The notes below the pieces were generated by a model. The model searched no databases. It saw nothing but the letters and a program-made list of their open reading frames with translations, and was not told where the DNA came from. This document shows, piece by piece, positions 13,539-25,864 of a stretch of DNA of 64,000 nucleotides. Each line of letters starts with the position of its first letter. The stretch's first letter is position 1. The stretch is from Sarea resinae (lineage: Eukaryota). Location: contig JAPEUD010000028.1 in assembly GCA_026026165.1 (NCBI GenBank), positions 186,001 to 250,000 of the forward strand. The letters are read 5' to 3'. A program made the translations under genes and the position numbers.

Positions 13539-14508
13539 CTTCAAGCGGCTTTTTTGAGGACGTCTGTGAGATTCGGGAGGCCTTTTCTCTATATATCTTA
13601 CTTCAGGTCGGGCGCAGAAAGATACGGCCCTCCCGTTAGACATCTTGATGTAGACATCTTGATGATCTAGAGACTACCATACGAGAAAGCTAGATGAAAG
13701 CCAGCGTATTTGATCGAGCAAACCCTAATAAAGCAGTCCAGAAAGCTCTGTATCCTATCTAGCAAGGTACATCCGTCCCTGGATGAGGGAGCAATCCATG
13801 GCTCCAGCCCGAGCTTCTACGTTGTGGCCGATTAGGGAAGGTGCTCATAACGTACAGTCATCGTGCGGCGCATGACTCAGAGAGAAGAGGTTTCGCTGTT
13901 TTCTGGGTATTATATTCTTTTTCCCGAGAGGTAAACATCTAAGGTACTGCGTGAGGTAGTACTCGGAGTATGTACTAGCTTGAGATATAGTAGGGTGACA
14001 AAAGCCTGCATTCCCCCCCCAATCTCGCCTAGGTTGTTTGGGTGAGAAGGAGGGGGTGGGGGTAGGCAGACTTTTGTTACCCCTCTGTAGCTTATCCTTC
14101 CCCACAACTAATCGGATCCACCAGTTCCAGTGCCCATCGATTGCTACTCCGTCTCAGTATGATTCATTTTCCATAATCTCGCATCGAAATCGTAACGTGA
14201 ATCGGCCATCTCACGGCCTCACACTCTCTCAGCGTGCCGCTAACATAAGAACGTCTATAAGAGGGTCTGGAACTCTGCTACATTACCTATCGTTTATCCT
14301 TGATTGCAATTGCCTTGTTGCTTCATGCGCCCCTCGATGCTATAGATGCGAGTTCAATGTATCCAATTCACTGAATTGAGACCAGACTCTTGCTTGCATA
14401 CTTCTCTCACCTTTTGGTCCGATCAGTATCTCGCGAACTTCATTTCGTCGACATCCAATCCTTTGTTTTCATGCCGAATCATTGTGGTACCTGCCCTTTC
14501 ACCCCAAA

Positions 14509-16544
14509 ATGCCTTCCTTCAACCATGCCACCCTTCTCGTACTGTCATTATTGACCCTCTTGATGTCAGCCTTTGTGCGCGGCGATTCATGCCGGACAGG
14601 TTTGAACTCTTTTTTCCCCCCTCAGCTGCTATGGCGCTGATAATCATTTAGTCAATGGCAAGCCGTTTCCCAGTCTCATAGATGTCACCTTAGATGATCT
14701 AGTGAATGGCCTCCAAAATGGCCAATTCACGTCCATCGACCTTGTCAAGGTACAAAGCCATTTCTAAATTTTGTTCATCTATCTGACCATTCAGGCATAT
14801 ATTGCGAGGATCAACGAGGTCAACTCCGTTTTACATGCAGTCACGGAGGTCAACCCCGATGCAGCGGCTATTGCCCAACAACTTGACTCCGAGAGAGCTG
14901 CAAATTGCATTCGAGGGTGATATGATGTTGCAAGCCGAAAAAGTTGGGACTGACAAGCATCTAGTCCTCTTCATGGGATCCCGATTCTGATTAAGAATAA
15001 CATCGCAACCATGGACAAGATGGATAATGATGGTATGAGGAGAAGTTGTCCGAAGGATTTGGCTGACGATTTTAGCCGGATCATACGCCCTTCTAAAGAC
15101 GACCGTCCCCCGAGACTCTGGAGTGGCTGCTAAGCTTCGTGCTGCGGGTGCCATCATCTTGGGCAAGTCGAACATGAGTCAGTGGGCGAACTTTCGTTCG
15201 GATAACTCAGTAAGGTTTCTCAAAGTGCAGAGTAGAAACACTATTGATATCGTTAGAGCAACGGATGGTCCGCACTTGAAGGTCAAACTTATGGTCCATA
15301 TCATCCCGATCAAGACCCCAGTGGAAGCTCAAGTGGTAGCGCCGTTGCTTCGGCGATTGGTCTAGCCTTTGCTGCACTGGGTACTGAGGTTCGTTGTTCC
15401 GAAAGCCTTAAAGACCAAGGACCTTATACATAAACAGACAGATGGAAGCATCGTCAGTCCCAGTGAATTCAATAACGTCGTCGGAATCAAACCGACTGTC
15501 GGCCTGACATCTAGAAGCTTGGTTATACCCGTTAGCCCGCGTCAAGATACCGTTGGACCCATTGTTCGTCTACTACCAGCCTTACAAGACCTTGTAGGTG
15601 ATACTAATATCTCACAGGCCCGAACAGTCAAGGATGCAGCTTACATCCTTCAAGCGATCGCCGGAAAGGACCCCTATGACAACTACACGTCTGCGATCCC
15701 TTTTACCTCTCTACCAAACTATGTTGCGGCCTGCAAATCTGATTGCCTTCAAGGCGTCCGGATCGGAGTACCGAGAAACGCAATTACGATTGAGAAACCT
15801 GCCGGACCAGTTCTGGCCGCTTTTGAAGCAGCAATCACCGTCTTGAAATCGGCGGGGGCAATCATTGTGGATCACGCAGATTTCACTGCATATCAGCAAT
15901 TCGAGGACTCCAAAAGCCCGGACACGGTACTCGGAGCCGACTTCGTCTCTGCACTTCCTCAATACTTATCAGAGCTGACATCCAATCCTCAAAACGTTAA
16001 TGATGTAGACAGTATTCGGAAGTTTACCCAGGGGTTTCCATCTGAAGGTTATCCCGGCCGTAATACTGCTACGTGGGATGATGCTATCGCCCTCGGATTC
16101 AACAATACCGATCCCAGATTTTGGGCGGCCTATCAAGAAAACTTGTATCTCGGTGGGGAGGGTGGCGTCTTAGGTGCTCTGCGGAGACATGACTTGAGCG
16201 CTCTCATTCTTCCCACGGACCTTGCTTCGAATTTGCCTGCTCTCATCGGTACACCACTCATCACGGTTCCCCTTGGCTTCTATCCTCCCAACGCGCCTAT
16301 TGTCAAAAGCCAGCCGCGAATGGACCTGATTGAAGCTGGGCCAAATATACCGTGAGCCGCATTGTCCGTTGGTTGAGTATGCAGCTGACATTTTTCCAGA
16401 TTTGGCCTCAGCTTTCTAGGGCCGGCTTGGAGTGAAGCATCGCTCATCTCTTTTGCATATGCATACGAGCAGCGGACGCAGACTCGCAACATGGTCCATC
16501 CTTATATTGCACCTCAGACCGAGTTATGCGATATAGTAGGTTGA
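14509..16544 (+). CDS. Secreted amidase-signature family protein
   Basis: Signal peptide; PLHGIPILIKNNI; ILGKSNMSQWA; DPSGSSSGSA; LGTE|TDGSIVSP; VGIKPTVGL. About 8 short introns; stop TGA at 16542-16544. Confidence 0.92.
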
Positions 16545-17210
16545 TGTGATCTAGCATGGGGAAGTGGTCTTTATTGCGAAGCATTTGCCTGCAGTTTTCT
16601 ACCAATTCATCGCCAAACAATCGCAATCCGATCAAGCTGTAGTTTATCTTCCGTACAGTAAGATTTGTGCACGCCTTATCCGATGAAGCTGAGTGATATT
16701 GGATCATGTCATGGCGCGCTTATGCATCCGTGCTCGCAGCTCGCCGAAGTTGGGAGTGACGCCAAATCCATACCGGAGTAGAGTAGATCCCTGCCGAGCC
16801 GAGGCCTTATCCTGAGCCGCCACCTCCGTCTCTAGTCTTGCATCTCAGGTGTCCATACTCGCTGGACGACTCAGTCTCTCTCCTCCTTGCATCGATTGCA
16901 CCTATGTTCATGGGCGAGGGCGAGCAGCGATCGAATATGTCTAGAGAACGTCTTTAGAGCTTCGGGTTCTTTCTCTGCGTCGCTGCGGTCCTCACATCGC
17001 CTGATCTACCGTTGCGTCATTACTTCCGCATCCGGACACTGCACCTTTGCCCGGAGACCTTTGCCCGGAGACCAACTACTTCTGCGATAATCATCATATT
17101 TGTTGGGCTTCTGCTCATAGAAGCTCGGCCACCATGTCGACTGCCTTGCGGAGTACGTTGCCCCGCTTCTTCGTGGAGACAGCCGACTGACCCGTGTAGT
17201 ATCCCCTGCC

Positions 17211-19265
17211 ATGGCCCTCTCCGCCGCCGCGGCATCATTAGCATACCTCGACGCGCGCATTGCCCTCCACGTCGACTACAAACTCATCACCTCCCTCGGG
17301 GCAGCAACCGTGAAGCTCCACTTGCGCGAATACCGTGACAAAGTGAGCCTCTTCTACATTCTCGAAGAACACGCCCACTCGTCTTCCGTCGCCAACACAC
17401 CATTCTTCCTCTATGGCGGTCGAGAATGGACATACAAGGAGACATACGAGATGGTGCTGCGATATGGAAATTGGCTGAAGACGACATTCGATGTGGCCCC
17501 AGCCGAAATTGTGGCGATGGACTTTATGAACTCGCAGGATTTTGTCTTCATCTGGTTCGGCCTGTGGAGCATCGGTGCACAGCCGGCATTCATCAACTAT
17601 AACCTGAGTGGGCAGTCATTATTACATTGCGTGCAATCGAGTAGCGCCAGGCTGCTGCTCGTGGACGAAGACGTCAAGGACAAGTTTGGCGCCGAATTGC
17701 TCAATGAATTGGCTGGGCAGGGATCTGGGGATGATAAAAAGTCGGTGGAAGTCATCTTCTTCACTCCGGAGCGTCAAGCTCAGGCGCTTACGAGTGATCC
17801 CACGCGATATCCTGACTCGGTGCGGTCGGGCCGAAAGCTGCACGACATGGCTATTCTGATCTACACGAGCGGGACTACGGGTCTACCCAAACCCGCGGTT
17901 GTAAGTTGGCTGAAGCTCAATCTAGCCGGACGATTTGCATCGCGGTGGATGGGCTGGGGTCGAAAGGACCGAATGTACACCGTAAGCTTCAGATTTGCTA
18001 TTGAGCTGCCCTCACTTTCTCACATGTGCCAGTGTATGCCGCTCTATCATTCGTCTTCCACCGTTTTGGGCTTCACCCCCTGCCTCTACGCCAAAGGCTC
18101 CATCTCCGTCGGCCGCAAATTCAGCACGAAAACCTTCTGGCACGATGTCCGTACAACGAAGGCAACGATGATTCAATACGTCGGCGAGACATGTCGGTAC
18201 CTCCTCGCCGCCCAACCCGACATTGACCCTACTACTGGCGAGGACCTCGACCGCAAGAACAACGTCCGTCTAGCGTTCGGCAACGGGCTCCGTCCAGACG
18301 TCTGGAACAAATTCAAAGACCGCTTCGGCATCCCCGCAATCGCCGAATTCTACGCCGCCACCGAGGGTCCATCCGGCCATTGGAATATGAGCAAAAACGA
18401 CTACTCGCTTGGCTGCATCGGCAGAAACGGACTCATCGCCCGCTGGGTGCTCGGTTCCATCCTCGCGGTTGTCAGCCTAGACTTTACAACCGACATGCCC
18501 TCCCGCTCGCCGACCACGGGGCTCTGCCACCGCGTCCACCCTGGCGACCCGGGCGAACTGATCTACCGGCTCAAACCCGAGGACATCAAACAAGAGTACC
18601 AAGGCTACTTCAACGACCCGTCGGCCTCGGAGCGCAAAGTCATCCGCGACGTTTTCGTCAAGGGCGACGCCTGGTATCGGACCGGCGATGTCGTGCGCTG
18701 GGATCGAGAGGGCCGGTGGTATTTCCACGACCGCATCGGCGACACCTTCCGATGGAAGAGCGAGAACGTGTCGACGGCCGAGGTGGGCGCCGTGGTCGGT
18801 GCCGCCCCGCACGGCTGCGTCAAAGAGGCCAACGTGTATGGCGTCGAATTGCCGGGCCACGACGGCCGCGCCGGATGTGCCGCCGTGGTTCTCGAAGACG
18901 GCGCGACCACTGCGTCAGAGACGACTGGCATCACCTCCACAGACGGCACTACTGTCGCTGCCGCCGCCGCCGTCGCACCCACGCCCACGAAACAGACCCT
19001 GGCCGATCTCGCCGCCCACGTCCGCTCCTCGCTGCCCGCGTACGCCGTCCCCATCTTCCTGCGCGTCACGACGGCCATGGCGACGACGGGCACCAACAAG
19101 CACCAGAAACACGTGCTGCGGTCTGAAGGCGTCGATCCCGCACTCGTCGCCCGCGCCGGCGACGCCGTCTACTGGCTCCCGGCCGTCAAGGGCAGCGAGG
19201 AGCCGTACGTGCCCTTTACGCGGGCGGATTGGGATCGGCTGAGAGCTGGTGCCGTGAAGCTGTAG
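17211..19265 (+). CDS. FAT1: Very-long-chain acyl-CoA synthetase / fatty acid transport protein (FATP family)
   Basis: AMP-binding IYTSGTTGLPK; YVGETCRY; AFGNGLRPDVW; EFYAATEG; FATP signature DRIGDTFRWKSENVST. A 51-nt intron at 17982-18032. Ends in VKL, which is PTS1-like. Confidence 0.93.
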   Translation: MALSAAAASLAYLDARIALHVDYKLITSLGAATVKLHLREYRDKVSLFYILEEHAHSSSVANTPFFLYGGREWTYKETYEMVLRYGNWLKTTFDVAPAEIVAMDFMNSQDFVFIWFGLWSIGAQPAFINYNLSGQSLLHCVQSSSARLLLVDEDVKDKFGAELLNELAGQGSGDDKKSVEVIFFTPERQAQALTSDPTRYPDSVRSGRKLHDMAILIYTSGTTGLPKPAVVSWLKLNLAGRFASRWMGWGRKDRMYTVSFRFAIELPSLSHMCQCMPLYHSSSTVLGFTPCLYAKGSISVGRKFSTKTFWHDVRTTKATMIQYVGETCRYLLAAQPDIDPTTGEDLDRKNNVRLAFGNGLRPDVWNKFKDRFGIPAIAEFYAATEGPSGHWNMSKNDYSLGCIGRNGLIARWVLGSILAVVSLDFTTDMPSRSPTTGLCHRVHPGDPGELIYRLKPEDIKQEYQGYFNDPSASERKVIRDVFVKGDAWYRTGDVVRWDREGRWYFHDRIGDTFRWKSENVSTAEVGAVVGAAPHGCVKEANVYGVELPGHDGRAGCAAVVLEDGATTASETTGITSTDGTTVAAAAAVAPTPTKQTLADLAAHVRSSLPAYAVPIFLRVTTAMATTGTNKHQKHVLRSEGVDPALVARAGDAVYWLPAVKGSEEPYVPFTRADWDRLRAGAVKL

Positions 19266-19361
19266 TTTTTGACTGTTTTTTTTTCTTTCTTTCTTCTTTT
19301 TTCTTTAAGGGGAAGGGGGAGCTTGGCTTTCTTTACTCTTGTTTGCTGCGCGTTTCTTGGG

Positions 19362-19363
<2 letters not shown>

Positions 19364-19392
<29 letters not shown>
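19364..19392. repeat. (GCGT)n microsatellite
   Basis: Direct reading of the sequence. Confidence 0.9.
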
Positions 19393-20091
19393 TAGCCTGG
19401 TGTGGTGTGGCGTTGGATTTCATTCTATTTTTTCTTCCGGGAATTAAAACGTCACGTAACGTCATGTCACGTCACGTCAACGGTGAGAGGAGGAGGTATA
19501 TCATTGCATTGCATTAATTTCGGAGCGCGAAGTCGGAGGGAGCGCGAAGTCACTCGGTCGTAGGGGAAAGAGAGGCTGGCTGAGGAGGTTCATCCTGTAC
19601 GATATCCCCCCCAATAATGTGGCCAGTAGTTGTAGTTGTATTTGTAGTTGTAGTTGTAGTATATTGAATCCAGCATCTTGGAGTAGCGGAATAGGAAAAC
19701 CCTCCACTTTTCACTTGGGTTCCCTTTTTGGTTTTCCCACTGCACTTCACATCTACATCTACTTCACATCTACATCACTTTTTCCTTTTCCTTTTCCCTT
19801 TTCACTGTTCTCTTCTCCTTGGATCCGGATCCAGATCTAGATCCAGATACAGCTCGAGTGATCTTCTTCTCCATCTGATATTTATTTATTTATTTATTTC
19901 TTTTTCGTGTGGGTCAGCGGACCCCGGCGGAAACGGGAAACGGGAAAGCCCAAGGATAAAAAGGGATGGGTTACAGGAAGAAAGAAGAAGGTGCCAAGGA
20001 GATAGTGATATTCATTTTCTGGGACTGAAGGTTTGGATGATGTAGGTTGTCTTCGCTCCCTTGTTGATGGATCAAAGATGGATAGAAGATA

Positions 20092-20199
20092 CATGGATGG
20101 ACAGATGGATGGACAGATGGATGGACAGATGGATGGACAGATGGATGGACAGATGGATGGACAGATGGATGGACAGACAGACAGACAGACAGACAGACA
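20092..20199. repeat. 12-bp tandem repeat (ATGGATGGACAG)n grading into (GACA)n
   Basis: About 7 consecutive copies of the 12-mer followed by a GACA run. Confidence 0.95.
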
Positions 20200-20205
20200 T
20201 TCCAT

Positions 20206-22250
20206 CTACCGCCCACTCGCCGCCCCGCCGATGCCCTCATGGCCTTCCCTCCACCGCTGGCCCCACATCTGCAACATGGCGACGGGAAGCACGGACGCGG
20301 CGGCGATGAGGCCGCATTCGAGGCCGGCGCCGCCGCCGAGGCCGAGCGAGGCGTACATTTTCGGGAACCAGAAGGGGCCGATCTGGGGGTTGGGAGAGGG
20401 AGTTAGTATGGAGTGGCGTGGCTTGGGTTGGCTTGAGTTGGCTTGGGTTGGGTCTTTTGGGGGGGAGGGGATGTGGGTTAGGGGTTGGGGGGAAATGTAG
20501 AGTGAGTGTTGTTGAGTTCGATGAGGTGCGATGCTGTGAGAGGAGAGAGGAGAGGGAGAGAGGAGAGAGAAGGGAGAGAAAAGAGAGAGAAGAGACGTAC
20601 GAAACCCCAGGTCGAACGGACGAGGTTGATGAAGACGCCGATCGAGGCCGAGTACTCTTGATGTGAGTCGACGGCGTAGGTCACCAGGACCGTCGTGATG
20701 AGCTGGTTCCCAAAGGCGGCAACGGCGATGCCGATGATCTTGCCCATGCATGTCTAATCAGCCGGTGCCATTGTGCACGATGACAATACTGCTACTCACC
20801 GGTGTGACGTTCCAGTGCAGCGGTTTGGTCTCGGCCAATTTCACATTGAATATGATCAGCCCGACAATGGCCATCAGGAAGCCAAAGTACGAGAGCCACA
20901 GGCGGTACTCGGGCGGCGGACGACGCCCCAATTTCCGGGTCCGAGTGTTGACCCAGAAGTCGGAGAGGGGCCCGCCCATTTGCTCGCCGATGACGGAGAC
21001 GATGATCATGCCGAGAAACTGCAGACCGATCTCCTGCGGATTGAAATCGAACCGTGCTCCGAAGAGCTGTGGGATCTCGACCGTGAGAAGCACGCTGGTG
21101 AAGCCGAAGACCATCGAATAGCTGATGGTGGGGACGAGAACGGACATGTAGCGGGCGAGGAACACGGGCTGGATGAACTCAAAGGCCGATAGAGGCTCAG
21201 GATCGATCCGGCCAAAGTTGAGATATTCTTGCTTGAACGTCGAGGCCTTGTGCTCCTGTTGCCGAATATAGCGCGTCTCGGGGGCGAAGAAGAAGTACCC
21301 GATGAATTGAACGCCGTTGATCTAGATAGTCAGTAGGAGTGTCACTCATAGAGGAAGATGAGCATACAATGGCCAAAACCCAGTAGATCCATTTCCAACC
21401 TGCGTGATAGGCCACAAAGCCCATGATGAATGGGCCTGTTGGGGGACCAAGGGTCACCATCAAACTGGACGAATCAGTAGGGCTTTGACTACATGAGAGT
21501 ATTGCTTACGTCCACACCCCCATCTTCTGGCCTCGGTCCTTCTTGAAAAAGGTCTCGACGACGACCCCGCTGCTGATAGCAATCGCTAAGTTTGTCAGTA
21601 CTCGTCCGTCGAAAGAAACGGCCGCCGTACCTGGTGAAATGAAGAACGCGACCAGGACTCTGCAAGCCATCATCGACCCATAGCTCTTGCTCTCGGCACA
21701 GCCAACATTACAGACCAAAGAGCCTATGGTTGAGACGAGCCAGATCGGGCGGCGGCCATAACGAGACGAGATGGGCTTCCAGAAGAGAGGAGAAAAGCCG
21801 AGGATGAGGATCTGCACGGACGTGAAATAGGATGCTTTCTGTAGGCCCACGTGGAACATCATCGAGAAGACCTGGAAGGCGGGGATGACTGCGGCGGCGG
21901 TAAAGGTGGTCATGAAGGCATGGAACGAGACGAGCACGAGGTTGATGTTTTTCTGCCTGGATCAGTGATCACCTCGCTCGAGGAATAACGACTTGACCCA
22001 CCTTCCATGCTGGCCAGTTGTAAGGATCAGCAGGATCCGCCGATGGCATTGGATCGAGGTCCAATGTTCCATGGCGTCTCAACAGGTAGTCTCGCTGTTC
22101 CGGCAGCAGATTTGCAGCCAGCCCGCCTTCGACGTGGGAAGCATCAGCAAGACCGCCCTCCTCAACCTTTGGCTTCGATGAAGAAGTAGGCGATTGATCA
22201 AGCTCTGCGTGTTCGGTCTGGAGCTTCTCGGCCGCCATGACGGCAGTCAT
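20206..22250 (-). CDS. MFS transporter (DHA1-like)
   Basis: [25 protein letters not shown] (motif A); [27 protein letters not shown]. About 12 hydrophobic segments and ~6 introns. Confidence 0.92.
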
Positions 22251-23258
22251 GATGTTGGAAGCGAAGAGGGCAGACGGGAAGCAGCAGTATATAGCTGTTA
22301 CATTCCGATCACGCGCAGACGCATCGCAATCATCTCACCGCGCAATCGACCGAGAGGTGGACAGAATGGAGGGACAATGCTTCAAGAACACTGCCATTTT
22401 TCGACGTTGCGGCTTATCGGACATGGCAGCCAATCTTGATTGCACGTTGGAACTAGAATACAGATGGCCATGCCATTGGGTCTCGAAATTGCCGATCATC
22501 AGTCCGGCGTTGCTGGTCACTTCGGGGCTGACGGTCAGTGCTCCTCGTGGCGGCGGCCACTAAGCCCAAGCACCCGCGTGGACCAGCACGTTTGAAAGTG
22601 TGGGGAAGAGACACGATTCAGGATCCGGGGATTCTTCAGACGAGGGGTAGACGGAGCATCCTCACGGGGCAGAACAGCAGGAGAGGAGGATTTAGGCTTT
22701 GCGGGGGATCGGCCACCAAGGACGGCTGTTGAGAACCCTTGTTTCTTCGCCTCCGATTGGATTCGGGGGGGGGTGCCAGATATCGACTACAGCACGTCAT
22801 GGAATACTACTGCAGTACTGCCGCCCGGCTTCGACGTACGGCACCGGCACAGTCACGGTAGATCCGGCTATTGTCTGATCGCCGTGACGGATCCCACATG
22901 ATGGATTCACGCATCTCGACTGCATCCCCGATCATCCATGGATGCCTCCTGTCAACGAATCACGTGTCGGACTTGGCCGTCCCTTGCTCTTGGTCTCGTC
23001 TTCATCTCAACAGGTATCATTTCTATCTAGAAAGCAAAACTGTCTATTCTAAAGGAGCAAAAGAAGACGCTCGACATGCAAGACACGGATGACGCCTTGA
23101 AGCCTGCATCACGAGCCAGACCGAACAGACGCACCCCTCCTGGATCGATGGAATCGAGATGCGGCGGAAATTGCCAAACTCCCCAGCCCTGCCATCCTCC
23201 AGAGCGAACGGCACCCACTTTTGCAAAACAAAATCTCTAATACACAGAGCAAAAAGAC

Positions 23259-25864
23259 TCACCAGTCGTCTGGTGCTTGATATCCGGAATTCCTCCGCTC
23301 GTCCGTGTCGTACCGCATCCGCGGCTTCGTAGGCCATTCGCGACTGCGATGGACCATGTTGGTTGGACTCAACTCTTCGGCGGCAACATCGGCGTATTCA
23401 TCCTCGCTGAGCCACTGCTGCTCGCCTTGGTCGCTCAATAACGTCGCGGCAATATCTCTACCTTCCCCATCGCGCCCACTTCTGCCAGACTCCGGACTCA
23501 TCTGCCGTTCATGCTGGCTCAGCTGTCTCTCAGGCCCGCTTTCATCGCGCTGAACATCCCATGTCGCCGGGGCTCTCCAACAAAAGCTCTGATTGTGAAG
23601 AGCCTCCTCTGGATATCGTTCGGGGTCGATTCGCCATGGAGGAATCCCTCGCAGTTGAGGGTTCAAGAGGTAGCGCACATCGTCCTTGTGTCGAACGCTG
23701 AGACTGTCGAGAGAGACGGTAGCGAGGATTTGGAGGATGCCGTAAAGCAAAATCCATCTCCCCTTGCGTGCTTCATACGGATCAATTTCTCCCGGGTGAT
23801 CGGTCTTTTCGAACTTGGTAAAGGCCTCGATGAGGCGATTCGACACAACAGTTGAATCTAAAAGATAGACGTTTGTAGCCTCTATGTACGCTAGGGCTGT
23901 GCGGATCTCCTTTCCCTTGTCTTCAGCGCCACTTTTGGCCTTTTTCCCGCCGAAAGTGGACTTTCTCGTCGGAGGTTGGACCGCTACCGAGGACGGTACT
24001 AGAGGGAACGGGTGCGGAATGTGAGGATAACCGTTACGATTGTCGAAGCCCACAAAGACATCAGTCAGAGGAAGTTCCTCCGTGTCCGCTTCAAAGAAGG
24101 CTTTTTGTCCTTTGCTAGCAATAGTCCATTTCCGCGAACTTCGTTCCTCGGATTCATCCCACGTGATATCGCGATCGACGAGGAAATCGTAGAGCGCCCC
24201 AAAGTCATCTTGGAGACGATTGACAATGTCTCGAGTCAGCCACGAGGTCTCGTCTTCACTGATCGCCGGAGGCCACGCCCAGTAGGCGTTCTCGTAGAAT
24301 TTGGAAAGAAACTTTCCGAATCGCTCGTAGGCCAGCTTAGCAGACGAGTTTTGAGGACAGATTGACCACATATCCTCCAGATCAAAGGTTGCTAGTTTCT
24401 GTTCCGCGTTTTGTACCCTGACACGCATTTCCAAGTTTGCGCGCTGGATGAGAGCCTTTGACTTGGGTGAAATATCGCGCATTTCTATCATTTCCCAAAC
24501 GCGGGCGGAGTACATCCCAGTGCAATGGATAAAGCCTTCGATATACCCCTCCAACCAGCGAACACTGGATGTCTCGGACCAAGCAAGAAGACCAGCGGCT
24601 GACGCGGGGTCGTTGCGTACGTCATCCAGATTTTTCGCCATCAGCCAATCAATAATCAGATTCGCTTTGTCTGTATCAGGTGGCATGTAATCCCCGAGAC
24701 GTTCGTAGAGGTCCGAAATAGCTTGGTGATAGGTGATGCCGACCAATGTTTTGTTCAGGAGCATCGCAAGGAAATTTCTCGTCGCTATATCATGACGTAG
24801 GCTACCAACCTTTGACATGTGGCCCGGGGCGGGAAAGAATAGTTCATGAAGAATGGGATAATCTCGGTCGTTGCTGGTTGTTACAGAGATGGGAGGGGTT
24901 GGGTGGCCATTCCACTCATTTGCGCCTCGAATGGTCGACGGGCCTCTTTGATTCCGATTCGATCCCGCGCCCGAGTAATAATATGGATCCCCGGGTGATG
25001 TAGGTGATATGCTTGGAATTGTCGTCGGACTGGGTACAGAAGGATAGTCATCGCTGAACGTATAGCCTTCTCGGAGAAGGGTTATGAGGAATAGTGATTT
25101 GGTATTTTCCAATAGCGACGAGTGTACCCGGTAAGATGGCGGAGGAAGCGCAGCGCTGGCAGTCTCTTGACCGAGGTAAACCAGAGTGTCACCCGTCTCA
25201 TCCCACAATTCCGGGTCCTAAGATACGTGAGCGAGCCGGTTGTTTGCGGTTGAGGTGCAATTCTCACCTTTCTCAATCTGTTCCATGGTTGGGGCTTCTT
25301 GCCACCTCCAACCCATATCTTGATCTGTGGCGGTCTGTCCCCAATATTCGGTCCTCCACGATGACCCATGCCGGATCCATCACTATTTCCTCGCCAGTTT
25401 CGTCCTTCCGTCGGCAGCGCTTCTCTCGGTGAGATTGGGGGGGGAGACCTCTGATAAGACCGTGCGTCGTCATATGTACCCAGAGCTGCAGCTGGCCGAT
25501 ACTGCTGAGACGTACTCTGCGATTGAGATTCGTCCTTGCTCGCAAATTTCGAGGCGAGCTTGTTACGGATGCTGTCACTCTTGCTGTCCATGAAAGCGCG
25601 AAGCGTGCTCTTGGAGATGGCGGTTGTTTCGATCCGTGGTCGCGCCGTTTGCCTCCTCGAGAGCTCATGACTACTGGTTGACGAGATGGAATTCCGATTG
25701 CGAGGCTGGTTCAACGAACCTGGAGGTCGCCCGTAGGCCGACGTCGGGGACGTGGGGTTCTGGTCGAAGAGGTAGTCATAGTTGTCGTCTCGCGGCGGCT
25801 GAGTCTGAGGCTTCGCTTTGACCTCGGTCTTCTTCTTTCGAACGTACGCGCTTCGGCCGGACAT
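23259..25864 (-). CDS. Conserved-looking fungal hypothetical protein (~850 aa)
   Basis: ORFs of 260 and 649 aa are joined by one intron (~25218-25268), giving WNRLRK|DPELWDETGDTLVYL. Low-complexity N-terminus and a globular C-terminal region. Confidence 0.85.

Noticed and set aside
18380..19242. Long alternative-frame and antisense ORFs over FAT1 (also over 3311-3904, 30836-31621, 33004-33609)
   Set aside because: Shadows of very high GC3 codon usage; Arg/Pro-rich with no motifs.
19894..20500. ORFs with MDGQ / PSIC / HPSV / WMDR repeats
   Set aside because: They are translations of the 12-bp tandem repeat just downstream of the MFS gene.
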